Below, piece by piece: positions 20,716-34,885 of a stretch of DNA of 64,000 nucleotides. The stretch covers positions 310,001-374,000 of the forward strand of contig NW_026515684.1 of NCBI RefSeq assembly GCF_025526975.1, read 5' to 3'. Made by a program: the position numbers and the translations under genes. Positions within the stretch are counted from its first letter, which is position 1, and every line of letters starts with the position of its first letter. Origin of the DNA: Fimicolochytrium jonesii. Taxonomy: Eukaryota. Below the pieces are notes generated by a model. The model made no database searches. It was given only the letters and a program-made list of their open reading frames with translations, and was not told the DNA's origin.

Positions 20716-22112
20716 TCATAACTTCTTGAACTCGGCCGAGAGGTTCAACAATGCCCAGTTCTTTGATGTGAAAAGGTCTTTCGATTTCATTTGACGAGCG
20801 ACGAAATCGCCGAATGTGAATGAGCCCAATTGCATTACGCCGCCGGATTTGCCGAGTGTGACAATGCCGACTCCCATAGCCATGGGTTTGAAGACGTCGA
20901 GGATTGCGGGTTTTGTTGGTTGGGCGGCTGTGTGATGGAGGTGGCTATAACGTCAGCATACGAACGTGCGAGCTACGTACCAGATTGACGCAATCAATAC
21001 TCACAGATCAGCTTGACGACATTCTTAGCAGCCAAAGTCCCTTGCTCGCCGGCAATGTACGCCAACTTCTCCGGCGTATCATTCACATCCCCAATCGCAA
21101 ATATCTTGGAGTACTTCTCATCAGCCAGCTGCATCGTCGGCCGCACTTTGATCTGGTTCTGCCCGTTCACGACTCCCTCTCCAAGCGCCTTGGCGGGGTC
21201 GGAGTTGTATTTCGCGTTGCCGTTAGCGAGGAACACAATGTCGCCGGTGAACGAGTTGCCCTTGTTCGTGTGGACGGTCACCGGAACCGTTTCCGAGACG
21301 TGGTACCCCTTCTGGATAGGGTTCGGGATCAACTCCTCCCACCCTTTCGCACGTTCCGATAAGACGACCTGGACACCGCGGGCGTGTAGACCAGCCAGAA
21401 TGCGGGCGCGGTACGCTGCGGTGCTCTTCGGCGACTGCACGAGCTCGTCGCCGCCGTGGATGACCACAATCTTCTTCGTTGGGTCGGCTACGGCGATCTC
21501 ACCGGCGATCTCGACGCCGACGGGTCCGCCGCCGATGATGACAATGGAGGAGGCTTTGGCGACGGCTTTGTTGAGTTGTTGCACTTCGGCGATGCTGTCG
21601 GCGCGGTGAAGGTGAGGGGTCTTAGTTGGGGAGGGGTAGGCTGAGCCGGTGGCGATGATGAGGTAGTCGAAGGGGACGGTGGTGCCGTCCTCGAGGGTGA
21701 CTTGGGTCTCGTGGATGGCCACAGCGTTGCCTTGCACGACGCGGCCGTTGGCGACTCCTTGGAAGAGGTTTGTGTATGGGATGTAGACCTTCTCGGCCCA
21801 GGTTTCGTCAACGAGAGGGCGGAATGCGCCACTAAACCAATGGATTTTAGTGAGGTTTGGATGAACATCTGTGTTCGATGCTGAAAATGAGGATACATAC
21901 ACGCTGTGAACCATAAAATCGGTCTTCGTCACGACGGTAATCTCAATATCCGGCCTCTTTCCGAGAGAGGACGTCAGCTGCTTGACTGTAAAAAAACCAG
22001 AACGTCAGAACTTGGTTCCTTATCGAACGTGATGCAAATCTCGTGAGCACATACCTGCTGCCATCGCACCGTAACCTCCACCCAGGACAACGATCTTTGT
22101 GGTTGCAGTCAT
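20716..22112 (-). CDS. AIF/AMID(FSP1)-like FAD/NAD(P)H oxidoreductase, multi-exon
   Basis: KIVVLGGGYGA, FDYLIIATGS, IVIIGGGPVGVEIAGEI, IFAIGD. Confidence 0.9.
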
Positions 22113-22581
22113 GATGGATAGCGCTTTATGTTGATGTGAAAGGTATTGACTGTTGACTGAGCTTTTTGAACAAATCGACAGGAAATCCCTCGACGGGCTG
22201 GCCTTTTATAAACTTTGCAGTCGTCGCGGACATAGCGCAAAGCCCGACCTCCCTTGAGAGCACGACTCTTCCATAATTTCGAAGCGCGCCAACTCCGAAA
22301 AGCCGAAGAGACCGCGACGCGCTCTTAATTGCGACGCGACACAAGGTGGGACAAACAAGATGACTAATCCGTGGCTTCGGCGTCGGAGACCCGGAGATGC
22401 TTGTTGGATTGACAGGCGACAGTCCGGGTGATAAGATTCAAAACGTATTTACGTACAATATAAAGGTTGAAAAAACGCAGAAGGGTGGTTGGACTTTCAT
22501 TCTGAGATCTGAAGAGGAAGCAGTCCGGATAGCTTATGGACACCAAACTTCGCCAAAACGTCTTTTCAGATCCAGCTACCA

Positions 22582-23263
22582 TCAAGCGGCGGGTGTCAAA
22601 GCCTGCGCGGTTGTCAATGACTGAAAGCCGGTGTCGGTGTCGACTACCACTACGGCAAAGAACTGGACGTTTCCGGCGGCCGCTGCGGGAGGTGTCCTGG
22701 GTAGATCGAAGAGGAAGTCAAAATTAGCCTTTGTCAGAGTCCTCGTACGAGACACAGTTGTGCGTGACGTTCCGTACCAAGTAAAGTTTGCGGGAAGCAC
22801 TTTCGCATCGGGGCTGTCATGGCTGAGAGTTGAACCGGGTCCGAAAGGCGTGCAGTCCGCAGGCGCATCGGCACCCTCCAAATGCTTTCGCAGCCAACTG
22901 TCAGCCGGCCTCCATACCTCAACAACCAAATCGCCCAAAATCACATACCCTGAATCCCGGCTGCACAGTCCAAGTCCCCAAATGCGTCTCCGCCCCCACC
23001 TCGTTCGCCGCATAAATCAACAACCCTTTATATTCTCCACCCCCACCCACACTAACAGTAACAGGCTGGTTCGCGGCATACGTAGTCACGCCGGCGGGTG
23101 TAGACAGCGTGAAACCGAGCCGCTCGTTTTGTTGGCCCATGGCGCCGTTGGCGGCCGCGGCGATGGCGGCGGGGTCGACTTGGCAGAGGCCGGCGCCGGT
23201 TGGGAAGGCGGGGACGAGGGTGGGGAGGAAGAGGATTGACAGGAGAGCAATGGGTGTGAGCAT
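22582..23263 (-). CDS. Secreted Reeler-domain protein, ~3 exons
   Basis: Signal peptide followed by FPTGAGLC, YKGLLIYA, LGTW, TLSHDSP, FTW and VQFFAVVV. Confidence 0.75.
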
Positions 23264-23824
23264 CTTTGATATGATTTCTGTGGTGATGCTAGGAAAGCGG
23301 CTCTTGAGGCGACTTTATGAGAAAGGTGCGCATGAAGAATGCGCTTTTTATGCCGGAGCAAAAGAAATTGAAGATGCGACCTGCCAAGACTGCGGATGCC
23401 AACTACGAAATGTGTGGAGGTGTCGACTGTTGGGATTGCGGTCTCCACAGCTGTCAACTGCCAGACGCCCGCATATTTGACGGCTCCCTGTCATTAAAAC
23501 CCCGTTGGAAGACCTACCCCGGGCATCAGGATACCCCGACGACCGCAGTGCTTGGCTTCGATGGCCGTCGTCGACCGCCTTTCTACACTGGAATGTCATC
23601 ATAGACCGTACATTCCTTGACGAAGGCGGTGGTGGTTAACTCCTGTCTCTCCGTCCGTCTCCCCAAGTGTCAAGAGACAGTGCAAGGTCTATTGTTCTCC
23701 CCGTTTCAGAAAAAGAAAATGCCCAAAAGAGGATAAATACAGGTATGGCGCCCCTTGCCAAAAATCTATCCCACCGCTTTCTCCGGTAACTCCCCATCGC
23801 TACGCAGATCTGCCAATCTCCTAT

Positions 23825-25733
23825 CTACAAAACCGCAGCTTCGGCCCTATTCTCCAATATCACCGGCCGATTCCCGGTCTCAACATCCTCATCCTCCTCC
23901 TCCATCGTCCCCGACCGCGCCGACACATCACTCTTCATTCCATCTTCGGCAACAAATTCCGCAGATGGCGCCCGGTCGCGGAGGATGCACGTGGCGGAGA
24001 TGATGCTGGGTGTGCTTATGGACGACTTTTTGAACATTTTTTGGCGTCCGGCTTTTTCGGCTTTGGCGGCTTTGACTTCTGGCGGGGTTGAGAGGATGAC
24101 TGTGTGGAAGAATTCGCGGCGGTTGCGTTCGCCGGCGGGGACTACTACGAGGCCTGAATAAACATCATAGACATGAGAAGGACTGTTCGATGTTTTGGTA
24201 AAACCTGTGCAAGAACGAACATACCAGCAAACAACGCCATCGACAACTGCGTGATCGGCAACAACGGGCTCCCATCCGCATTCCCCCACTTTGCCACCAA
24301 CAAGCCCGCCACCACGTCCACCCCGCTGCAAACCAACCCATACCGCCCAATCAAGCAATCCAGCCCATACAGCGACACCGGCGCATTGTAATGGAAAAAC
24401 AAGATCGATATGTACACGTGCCACTCGTACCCCTCCACCTGGTATACGTTCATCGTCCCGTCCAGGTATCCCGGGATACACCGTACCGCGCAGATGCAGA
24501 GTACCGTGGTGCCTATCCGCAGCAGGGCGTATGCGCAGGTGAGTGTCCGTTGTTGTCGTAGGAGGTGTTTCCCGCCGAACGCGGCCATGTAGGTGCAGGC
24601 GAAGGAGAAGATGCAGATGAAGGGGACCGTGACGGCAAAGACAGTGTGGACGATGAAGTCGGTGTCGGCCATTCGGTGGCCTTTGAAGCGGAAGTACAGG
24701 TTTGTGGTAGAGACGACGTTGGAGGTCATCATGGCCACTGACATGAGCCGGACGGCCTTTTTGGAGACGGTTGCAAAGTAGGATTGGAAGTTCTCCTCTT
24801 TGTGTGTGTCGGCGAATGCGCTTGTCCAGATGGACTGGAGATGCGCTTTAAGGGCTTTGAGGGTGAAACGGGATTCCACCACCACCGAAGTTGTGCAGCT
24901 CGGGCCCCGTTCTTTCACTTTCCCCGTCGCGACCGCGAAGCTGAGTCTATCCCGTCTGTCCCGTTGGTAGAGCCCAAAAATGTATGTCATGCTGACCAGA
25001 AGCTGCAGCGCACCCTCGTACTGTACCCAATCGAAAACGTCTCTGAAGACGATGAAGATCAAGAGGAGCCGGAACAGGCCGAAATACCAGATGATCATCA
25101 GTTGCTTGTGGTAGAACTGGCGGTACAGGCAGACGAAAAGGCGAGACTCAGTGTTCTGACAAACTGATTCCTCCAACTGGAAGGCTCAGATGCAACCTAC
25201 AACTGTATGCAGCGCCATGAGTGCATCCCAGGTGACGACCAACTCCGTTGGCGCACGGCGATACATCCAAGATACCAGAGCCTCTCTATTCAGATTGACC
25301 GTCCATCGAGCGAGGAATTTGAAGACGTACGATGTCGACAAGAAAAGTCCGGCGAGTGTATTCAGCGATACGGAAATCATGGTGGGAGAGCCGATGGCCC
25401 ATTTCTTGTTCAGCCACAGTTGACCCTGGGCGAGGGCTACAATCGCTAGAAGCTGTCGCGAGTACGATGAGCACTCTCGCTTTGAGAGGAATGACATATC
25501 TCTTTGGTTGAAGCAAGCATACCGCAAAGTCCATGGCGACCATGCGCACGTCGATTTTGGGGTCTATCGACGGATCTGATATCCCGGTAACTACATAGAA
25601 GAGGGCCGCCAGAAAAGCAACTCCTGTATGGAAGGAAGTCTTTCAGATGCCATAGATCATGAGAAAGTCTCGGACCGCAGCAGCACGCTCAATCTACCTA
25701 TGCAGATCAGATTCGGAGCTGAGTTTTTGGCCA
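23825..25733 (-). CDS. Multi-pass membrane hypothetical protein, multi-exon (boundaries approximate)
   Basis: Overlapping hydrophobic ORFs 25186..25527, 24145..25176 and 23825..24481 in two similar halves; splice structure not fully resolved. Confidence 0.5.
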
Positions 25734-26636
25734 TGAGATGTTCCCGGAACCTACATTCCAATGAAATCTAACTAATCAGACGATACGATACACAAGAGAA
25801 CCGTTGCCTCTTCTTCATTCCTTACTTGGACTCCAATTCCTCGGAAGCATAGATATTCGAAAACATTGCCATAGGATAAGCCTTCAAAGCCCAACTGTCC
25901 GGCTGATGTTCCCAAAAGACATCGAGCACCAGCAGCAGCAGCAGTTTACAGGATCGCATACCCGCAGCGAACATCCTGGAGCTGCTTCAGATCGGTCGAC
26001 CGTGGCTGTGGCTTTGAGAAGAGAAGAACAGGGAGAGAAAGTCTGGATGGTTGTAAGCGCGAGTTGTGCAGGGACGGGAGACTCGGTGACACAATCCAGG
26101 TGGCTGGATGGGTCATGTTGACGGGTTTGGGCTGTGAACAGGGATTGCGCCACGACAGGCGGGCTTAGACAACCGCGCTGTCAATAACGTACGTAAGCGC
26201 GCAGGGGTGGGTGGGTGGGACACGACCACGTGCGACGGAACGCCCGCCCAAATCCACGGAGCGCCGTGATTGGCCATCCCCATCAGCGATTTGCCCCACA
26301 ATTTAAATTCTCACTCACGGCGCGTCTCACATCTAATCACTGTGATAATAACCCAGATCTCACGCCTCTGGTTGACCGTTGATGTCCGAAAGCGCCGCGC
26401 AAAGATTGGGACGGTTGTTCGCGCTCCCGTTTCCCCAATTGGCAAAACAGGGCGCGTCAGACACCTTTTCCCGTCAAGAACAAAACAACAACAAACAACC
26501 AGGCGGCCAACGACGACCCTCGTTCTCGCGTACAAAAAGGACCGTGGTGAAATCGAAGCGCTCCTATACTCCAGCTTCGCTGTAATCCATCCACTCTCAA
26601 ACGCACCGTCTCTTCAAGGAGCTCCTAAGATAGAAA

Positions 26637-28480
26637 ATGGGCTTCTTCCATAGGCTCAACGCCAGCGTGGCGGGTTCCCCCGTAGGGAAGTGGTTCAAAC
26701 TCGAAGGCTCTGGAGCAAAGAACGAACGAATCGGAAGCAATTTCACGACGGAAATGCGAGCTGGTCTCGCTACGTTTGTGACGATGGCATATATCATTAG
26801 TGGTGAGTTTTGGAAACTCCGACGGTCGTTTGGGGACCTTGATGTCTGCTTTGCTGGTCGATTCATCCCTCCTAATCCGTCTCTTCAAACGTAGTCAACG
26901 CAACCATTTTGAGCGACACTGGAGGCACATGTGGATGCACACAGGGCCCTGATGTCTGCCTTGCCGACCCAGTCTACCAGGACTGCTTGCGAGACTTGCG
27001 GAAAGACCTCATCACAGCAACTTCAGCCATCGCCACCATCTCGACCTTTGCCATGGGTCTCTTCGCCAACCTGCCATTGGCTTTGGCACCAGGACTCGGT
27101 GTCAACGCCTACTTTGCCTACACAGTCGTTGGTTTCCACGGAACCGGAAAGGTGTCATACCAAACAGCATTAGCGGCTGTCTTTATCGAAGGTCTCATTT
27201 TCCTGGCCCTCTCGCTCCTCGGTCTCCGTCAACTCCTCACTAAAGTCGTCCCACTGTCGATCAAAACCGCCACCGCGGCCGGCATCGGTCTCTTCCTGGC
27301 CTTCATCGGACTGCAAAGCAGCGAGGGTATCGGAATCGTTGGTGGAAGTTCCGCAACACTGGTTACGCTCGGTGGATGCCCACCGGACTTCAAAGACAAA
27401 AACGGTGCCTGCACGTCTCGGACAATGGAGTCGCCCACAACATGGGTCGGCATCCTCGGCTTCATCATCATCGCCATCCTCATGTCCTACCGCGTCAAGG
27501 GAAGTCTCCTGATCGGAATCGTGTTCATCTCGGCCATCAGCTGGTTCCGGTCCACGAGCATCACGTACTTCCCCTACACCGACAACGGCAACAGCGCGTT
27601 CGACTACTTCAAGCAGGTCGTCGACGTCCCAAAGATCCGCCACACCGCTGGCGCGCTCGACTTCAACCTTTCGTCCTCGTCCGTGTGGATTGCCCTCGTG
27701 ACGATGTTGTACGTTGACATTTTGGACACCACCGGATCCCTGTTCTCCATGGCCAAGTACGCCGGCCTCGTTGACGAGCACGGCGACTTTGAAGGCTCCT
27801 ACCCCGCCTTCATCACCGATGCGGCATCCATCAGCATCGGGTCCCTCCTCGGCACATCGCCCAACACCGTGTTCATCGAATCCGGTGCCGGGATCGCTGA
27901 GGGAGGAAAGACGGGGTTGACCGCGATCGCTGCGTCGTTCTTTTTCTTCCTGAGCTTGTTCTTTGCGCCCATCTTTGCATCCTTCCCGCCTTGGGCGACG
28001 GGACCCGCGTTGATCCTGGTCGGCGTGTTGATGGCGCAGACGGCCTTTGCGGATATCAACTGGAGGTACCTCCCTGACGCCATCCCTGCTTTCCTCACCA
28101 TTGCGGTAAGTCACGCTTTCATTTCTCCCATATTCCATCAACGCCATCTCATTCTCACCCCCTGTCAGATCATGCCAATGACCTACAGCATCGCCTACGG
28201 CCTCATCGCGGGCCTCGGCTCCTACATCGCCATCAACGGCACCATCTACCTCCTCCGCGTCGTCTCGGGCGGCCGCCTCGTCCCCGCCGACAAGGACCTG
28301 AAAGAGCAGTGGGGCCCCGAACACGCGCGAGAGCTCTTGCCGTTCTGGCTGTCGTATTTCTTCCGGTATGGAAAGGACGACGAGAAGAGGGGTGACAGGA
28401 GCGTGGGCGCGACGAATGTGGAGGAGGAGGGGGATGTGGAGATCAGTGTGCATCAGGAGGGGGATAAGCATTTAGATTAG
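26637..28480 (+). CDS. azgA: AzgA-type (NCS2) purine permease, 3 exons
   Basis: [69 protein letters not shown]. Confidence 0.93.
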
Positions 28481-28915
28481 GCGCGTGAGATGATGGTGTA
28501 AAGTAGTCTGATGGATTATGGACTACGATTCAGTTCATGTGTGTTTGACACAGACGGTGTATAATGGTTTTGGTAGTCTGTCGTTTAGTGTTGTTTGTAG
28601 CATAGAGTGTATAAAATACAGTCATGAGAAGCAACATGTCATCCCAAATCAGTTGGAAAGTGGCAGAGTTCCGGTTCTATTGCGGACCCAATGGGCCATC
28701 GGAAGACAGAACACAGGCTTAAACTTGCTGAACGCCTTCGCAGTTTGTTGGCCTCGATGTTTTCACGGGGAAAGCTTCTTGAGACGTTGTGACATGGCCG
28801 CTCCAACAGGACAATCAGCATAAGCCCGCGCTAAAACTGCATTTCCATCAGCTTGATCACGAATAGGCGATTGTGTACGTCGCAGGTCGGCAACAATAGG
28901 CGATACCACCAATAG

Positions 28916-29111
28916 GCATTTAAATGATGTTTTCTTTTTTTTCGGCTGGCAGCAGCAATGGGTGTGTCATTTAAATGGTGCTCTTCATTTTTTCCGTTAA
29001 CGGGCAACAATGGGTCAACCCCTGGTCGTCGCATTCACGCTTTTCCTTTTTCTGTTGTGCGGCAATCATTGTCCTAACAATGGTTCAAATCGCATTTAAA
29101 TGATGTTCTTC
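28916..29111. repeat. Degenerate AT-rich repeat with CATTTAAATG palindromic core (3 copies)
   Basis: catttaaatg(a/g)tg at ~28917, 28968 and 29092, each followed by a pyrimidine run. Confidence 0.55.
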
Positions 29112-29559
29112 TTTTACCTACTCCTCTCTGGCAATGGCATGTAGACTATTTGTATTCGGGCAGGGTTGAGGGCATTGAAGCCGCCGTAAACCTTTCGTCG
29201 CAGATCCTCTAATCGCTGTGAATGCGTGGGTATCCCTTTCCGAGCTATAAGGACTGCCTAGAATGCCTTCGCATCTATCACGGCCTCATGGCAATGTCCG
29301 CAACTTGGCTACCTTTCGCTTGATAAACTTGATAAAGCAACGGGATGACATTATCGACCGGCCCGCGACGGCGATCGAATAGCCGGCTCAAAATACCCTT
29401 TTACCAACACTCACTAATCGACTACTTTAGTATTTTTAGTGGGCCTGGGAGTTGATATTGATCGAAACGGGATGTCTGATTGCAAAACAGCGCCCCTAGT
29501 CCGAGTCCCGTCGGCGCCGCACTCGCCGCGGTAGATCGTGCCACCGGGGCATGACCACA

Positions 29560-30400
29560 CACGCATTATCTGAGGTATCAAGAACCAGCTGCGAGCGCGC
29601 GGGGGTCGCCCATCAGGCACGGGATCTCGGGCTTACACCAGATCGTCGAGCTGCTCGCCGACCGGCGGATGAGGTAGGTCTTCGCGTACTGCGTGCGCTG
29701 CGCGGTGTAGTCGGTCACGCAGGAGGGGACGGTGGTGCGGGCGTAGATGAGTGCCATCGGCACGCCGGTCGATGTGATGGTTGGGACTCGTAGCTGGCGA
29801 GCCCGTTGTCGGGGCCGAAGGTGGCGATGACGGCGTAGGCGTCGTCGACGGAGAGCACGCCCCGTCGTGGCGCCTACCCATGTCTTGCCGAGTTGCCTGC
29901 TACGCGGACTTTTAAGTTCCGGCCGCCATCGTCGGAAAAAGACGTAGACGGTGTTGTGGACGGGTTTGCCTGTGTCGTAGCACCGGACGCCGTTGGAGAC
30001 GCTCTCGCGCCAGGTGCCGAGGACATGCAGCCGAGCGTTCGGGGCATAGTTGAACCCGTGCGGGACGAGACTACGGGTCATGGGGTCCGCGGCAGTGTTT
30101 TCATTCGGTGCAGTGGAGGTGCCCGTCACCCCCGTAAACGTACCCATCTTGGTCTGCGTCCCCGTAGTCCCATTCACAGGATACTCCGCCCGATTCACGG
30201 TCCCATTGTTGGCATTCCCGGACCGATAAAATGGCTGTAACGCGCCGGTAGGCGCCGCCACGAACTGCCCAAACCCAACACTGTTCTCCAGCGCCGTCCC
30301 CATCAACATACTAGCCGGATTCGTGAACCCCGAACTATCCCAACTCCGCACCTGCCTCCGCCGGCATTCAGCTGGTTAATGGTCGTGGTCAAGTACTGCA
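29560..30400 (-). pseudogene. Degenerate BNR-repeat (BNR_4-like) beta-propeller fragment
   Basis: FYRSGNANNG, HGFNY..RLHVLGTWRE, and NTVYV followed after a frameshift by the SDDGG Asp-box; several frameshifts. Confidence 0.55.
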
Positions 30401-31801
30401 GCTGCGCGTCATGCAGAATTGTACACGATATGCACCCGGGTCGTCGGCGGGGTGAGACGCCCATGCTGCTGACGTTGCGGATGTCGTCCCATTGCGCTTG
30501 GGAGGCATTGGTGTTGGTGGTCTGCCATGGGGCCAGTGGGGATGCCGCGGGCGTGGGGCGACCATCCGGGTGTAGTTTGCGGCGTACCCGGCGACGTATT
30601 CGAAGTCGAGGTACGGTGAGGATGTTTGCGTCGGATGTCGATGGGATGTTGGGCCCTGCATGCAATGGAAGTTGACGGTCAGATCGTTGCGTACCTGCCG
30701 CCGCATTACGGTATGATGGGGGCGCCGACCTCACCTGCAACGCCGGTCTTAGACGTCGAACGCGCATCCCCAACCAACTCTCCCCCTCACAACGAACCAC
30801 CGCCGCCGACAACCAAGCAGAGCAGCCTCTTCAACGACCCCAGAACAGGATCCGCCAAAAGTGCCGCGTAGGAAACCATCTCGGGAAAATCCACGAAAGC
30901 GGAAAGCTATACGCTGCAGCAACTTGCGGACGCCAACCACGGGCTTATACGCCCATACGGCCTGGTCGCATCGCACATCCACTCGGTGCATACGGCACAA
31001 ATACAGGGTTTGCGCGTTTCTCAGGTTTGGCAGGTCTGTGTTGTAGCAGGGGACCCGTAAAAAACCGCCCCCTGAATGCCCGTCTTTTCGAGCCCAGAAC
31101 GCGATTCTCAAGATGATAATACGGGGCGGCAGCGTTCAGTGAAATGACTTGAAGCTATGGATAAGTACCGTAACGTATAGGGTTTCTTTTGTCTATTGTG
31201 CTCTCTAATCGTAAGAAGGTGTTTTCGCTGAGAGGGGGATCGATCGAAGCTTGGAGGCCAACTAGCCTTTGCATGCGTGTTGCGGAAAGTTTATTTGAGC
31301 GGAAACCCCTCCAACACGCTGTCGAATACCGTCAACGTTCGCTTTCAGACTTTGCACCAACAAGCACATTAAATTGATAATGTAAAGAAGAGAAGCACGG
31401 ACGGGGATGGGGAAGAAAAGCCAACAGATGGTGTGGAGGGATGGTTGTGCAAGGAAAAGGGGGCAAGAAGCAGGTATATACAACGGTCCGAAAAAAGGAA
31501 ACCTATATGTCACAAGCGGTGGTGGATGCATGCCCGAACGAATGCAATGATAAGGGAGGGGGGGGGGGGGGGGGGGGGGGGGGATTGAGGGAGGGAATGG
31601 GTGGGGAAGGGTAGGAGAGCGAGGCGTGTGTTGCTGATGCGGCGCTAAGCCGTGCAGCGTTCTGTAAAGGGTCCTGGCGAGCGGCCCTCATCCGAGAGGA
31701 AGCTTGACAGGAAATCACGGATTCCTATCACACGCCGTCGGGATCGCATGTCGAGTCGAGAGGTATCGAAAGGACGATCGCAAGGTCTCTCGGGCGTACT
31801 G

Positions 31802-34800
31802 CTACCAAGCGCCCAACATCCCATCATGAGCCTCGGCCCCACCTCCCAGCGACCGACCATCCAAGCCCTCCGACAGCCTGTCAAACTCCGACAGCAATGG
31901 TGGGTCCGCGCCAGCAGTGCTCCCCGCAAACTGTTCCTGTAACATCCCAAACGTGTAATCACTCAGCCGCTGGTTGAACCCGTTATCGTTCTGCTGCTGC
32001 TGATGGTGCATAAGCCCGTCTTTAGATCCGCCAAACGAGACGGGCGAAGACCGCATGCCTTCGTTTGCCGCGGCCGATAGCTGCCGCTGGTGCGAATCGT
32101 ACGTCGGGGTCGGTGGGCCGCCGTCTGGTGGTTGGGCAGCGGCGAGGGTGGTCGACATGCCGTTCATCTGCTGCAGCTCGTCCATGCCTTGCAGCTGGGA
32201 GTAGAGGGTATCCATGTTGAGATATTCGTTGGCGATTTGGTCGGCGGCCGCGAAATTTGCTGCGGACATCGCGTCTGGGTAACCTTGCATCATCGACGAT
32301 TGCTGTTGTTGCTGCTGCTGTTGTTGCTGCTGCTGTTGTTGCTGCTGGGAACGGAAATTGAACTGATGTTCTGGCATGGAAGAGCTCATCATCATCAGCC
32401 CCTCTGCCGATTGGGACGTGTGGAAGCCCATAGCCGACCGCCCGCCAGCGCCCCCACCATTTTGTCCATTCTGATTCGCAGCAGGTTGCACAGCGGCTGG
32501 TGCCGCAGAGTGTATTCCCGGATGGAATCCAGGCGCCCAGCTGTTCGCATGCTGAGCCCCGATGTTGAACGCCGACGAAAAGGCCGCCGAGTCCTGCAGG
32601 TTTCCATATGACAGATTCACAGGCAGTTCGGTTGCGGATCCCGCTGGGCCAAACCCCGGCGACGACGACCGACTCCAATCTCCCCCCGAAACGAAACTCG
32701 AGGACAATGAGCCCGGTTCAGAAGACGGGAAGTGCCGCGGCGAGCCCGTCACGTCCATCTGCAGGAAGGAGTTCGTTTGGAATGCTGGTGATGATGCCAC
32801 CGATGCTGGCGACCCGACTTGGAAGCCGTGGTGCGATATGATCGGTGACGAGCGCTGCTGAACGAAGGACGATGGAGACATGACAATCGGATATTCGGAG
32901 GTGGGGAGGGAGTTTGAGTGGTACGTTGGTGTTATGCTCAGAGGCATGGTGTTGGAATTGCCTGGAAGCGAGCCGATTAGCACGCCTTGCCGTAACTGAG
33001 CATGTCTTTGGAGGGGTGATGTATCATACGCCATCGTTTGTTGATGCTGCATCGAATACGGGCCTATTAGTCCACTTGACAGAGCGGAGTGCATCTGTGC
33101 CTGCTGTTGCATTTGGTGTTGGGCTATCATTTGCTGTGCAGCCATGGCGGCAGACGCCGAACTCAACCCCGCTGTCAGCTGTGACCGCGGAGGTCCTGGC
33201 ATCGTCGAAATCCCTTGCGCAACAGGCGACCGCCGTAATGGCTGACCCAATGTAGGGCCGAGAGTACTTGATTTCATGGGATGCGCGGTGCCGTTCGCCG
33301 AGGGTATATTCGTCATCATCTCCAAATTCGGACTACTCATACTCCGGAGTAGTGTGGGTGCGGTTCCTCCATTCTGCAGACCCCCGGCACCCAACGTCTC
33401 TCGGAAACTAGCAATCGCTGGTGGCTTGTTCGGCCCTGACGTTTCTCGACGCTGCTTCCCCTTCGGTTGCGTCCCCTTCCCACGGTTCCGCGTTCGGATG
33501 ACGTCCGTTTTCAGGCTGATGGGCCGATCCACACCATGCAGCTTGAAGAACAACCCGCAAGCATTACATAATGGTTCTCCGTCCGGGTTCCTCCTCCACA
33601 GAGATGTTTTATTCGTCCCACAGTTCTTACAGGTCGTGAACTCATGCAAATTCCTTGCAGATGTCCGACGAGCTGCACCCCTTTTCAAGGGCGAGGCGCG
33701 TTCAGGAGCGCTAGTTCCTGGAGTGAAAGTGCTGCTGTTCTCCGCAGAGGGTCTGGTGAACGAGTGGCTTTCCAGCGATGCAGATAGCATGGACATCTCT
33801 GGGAATGAGCCTTCCATTATGGCTAATGGAGAAGCTGTAGACGGTCGAGTAGTGTTGGACGAAACCGAGTTTCTGCGAGATGCACCTTCGTCCGACATAC
33901 TCCCGAAACCCACATAATCGCGAGCCATATCCGACGCATTCGGTGAGTCAGAGAATGCCTCGAAATCCATGCCTTGCGACGATTGTTCGGTAAGATACGC
34001 ATGTAATTGGCTCTTTGAATCTGATCCGTTCGAGGTGACGGTCATCCGCTGGGCGCTTTCTGATCCACCGACATTGAAGGCCATCGGAGAACTAGCGTCT
34101 GCCGATATAGACGACTCCGCCCCCTCTGCTTTCTGCATCCCATCCGACATATCCTTTTCTCCAGCTTTCTCTTTTTCCTTCTCCTTCTTTTTCTGCATAT
34201 GCATCAACCTCCAGGTCATGTTTTCGAGCCGCGCCCCATTTGGCACCGCCTCTTTGACTTTGCTGAAAAGCTTCCATACGTCGTTGTTGTCATCTACAGA
34301 TGTGTCACGGTTTAGAATCGAGGGCAGGAAGGCGTTTGCGTCGTCGAGCAGTCCCGGTGAGTGGACAGCCGCCGAAAACGGCTTTGCTAAAGACGCTTGA
34401 GTATTTCCATCGATCCCAACCGGGTGAATACCCTGAGATCCTGGCTCGCCAAATCCAGACTGTGCATTTGATTGCGTCGCGGGAAAAAGTGCACTTTCCC
34501 ATGGCGATGCTGAGGACATTCCCCAAGCTGAAGCCGAAGTCGGCGACTGTGGTGACGTTAACGAATTCTCCCCATCGGCAGACGCTGTTGAGGAGCCTGA
34601 CCCCTCTCCACCTCCGGCTCCACCAAATAGAGCTTTGAAAATTGATTTCCGTTGATCCGGAACGGGTCGTAATGTTGGCGTGGCTTTCTGAGCCATGGCG
34701 CTGGAATGGTCACTCAGCAAAACCACTGCTGATATAGTTGAGAGGCGTCCTGCCGTGGAGGTTCTACAGCTACCTTCTCCGGGAATACTGGGCGCACAGC

Positions 34801-34885
34801 CTGAAGAAAGAGCCAGCGGATTCAGTGTGACGGGTCGAAAAGGTAAAGGCATTCCCGCCTCGAGACCAGAATTGCTGGCGTTCAT
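31802..34885 (-). CDS. areA: AreA/NIT2-type GATA transcription factor
   Basis: DUF1752-like [27 protein letters not shown] finger [50 protein letters not shown]; polyQ tract. Confidence 0.9.
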   Translation of the reverse strand: MNASNSGLEAGMPLPFRPVTLNPLALSSGCAPSIPGEGSCRTSTAGRLSTISAVVLLSDHSSAMAQKATPTLRPVPDQRKSIFKALFGGAGGGEGSGSSTASADGENSLTSPQSPTSASAWGMSSASPWESALFPATQSNAQSGFGEPGSQGIHPVGIDGNTQASLAKPFSAAVHSPGLLDDANAFLPSILNRDTSVDDNNDVWKLFSKVKEAVPNGARLENMTWRLMHMQKKKEKEKEKAGEKDMSDGMQKAEGAESSISADASSPMAFNVGGSESAQRMTVTSNGSDSKSQLHAYLTEQSSQGMDFEAFSDSPNASDMARDYVGFGSMSDEGASRRNSVSSNTTRPSTASPLAIMEGSFPEMSMLSASLESHSFTRPSAENSSTFTPGTSAPERASPLKRGAARRTSARNLHEFTTCKNCGTNKTSLWRRNPDGEPLCNACGLFFKLHGVDRPISLKTDVIRTRNRGKGTQPKGKQRRETSGPNKPPAIASFRETLGAGGLQNGGTAPTLLRSMSSPNLEMMTNIPSANGTAHPMKSSTLGPTLGQPLRRSPVAQGISTMPGPPRSQLTAGLSSASAAMAAQQMIAQHQMQQQAQMHSALSSGLIGPYSMQHQQTMAYDTSPLQRHAQLRQGVLIGSLPGNSNTMPLSITPTYHSNSLPTSEYPIVMSPSSFVQQRSSPIISHHGFQVGSPASVASSPAFQTNSFLQMDVTGSPRHFPSSEPGSLSSSFVSGGDWSRSSSPGFGPAGSATELPVNLSYGNLQDSAAFSSAFNIGAQHANSWAPGFHPGIHSAAPAAVQPAANQNGQNGGGAGGRSAMGFHTSQSAEGLMMMSSSMPEHQFNFRSQQQQQQQQQQQQQQQQSSMMQGYPDAMSAANFAAADQIANEYLNMDTLYSQLQGMDELQQMNGMSTTLAAAQPPDGGPPTPTYDSHQRQLSAAANEGMRSSPVSFGGSKDGLMHHQQQQNDNGFNQRLSDYTFGMLQEQFAGSTAGADPPLLSEFDRLSEGLDGRSLGGGAEAHDGMLGAW

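Noticed and set aside
27170..28471. Long antisense ORFs (also 38376..39617, 12976..13998, 54883..56088, 639..1334)
   Set aside because: Shadows of GC3-biased genes on the opposite strand
32301..32347. CAG/CAA microsatellite
   Set aside because: Ordinary polyQ tract inside areA
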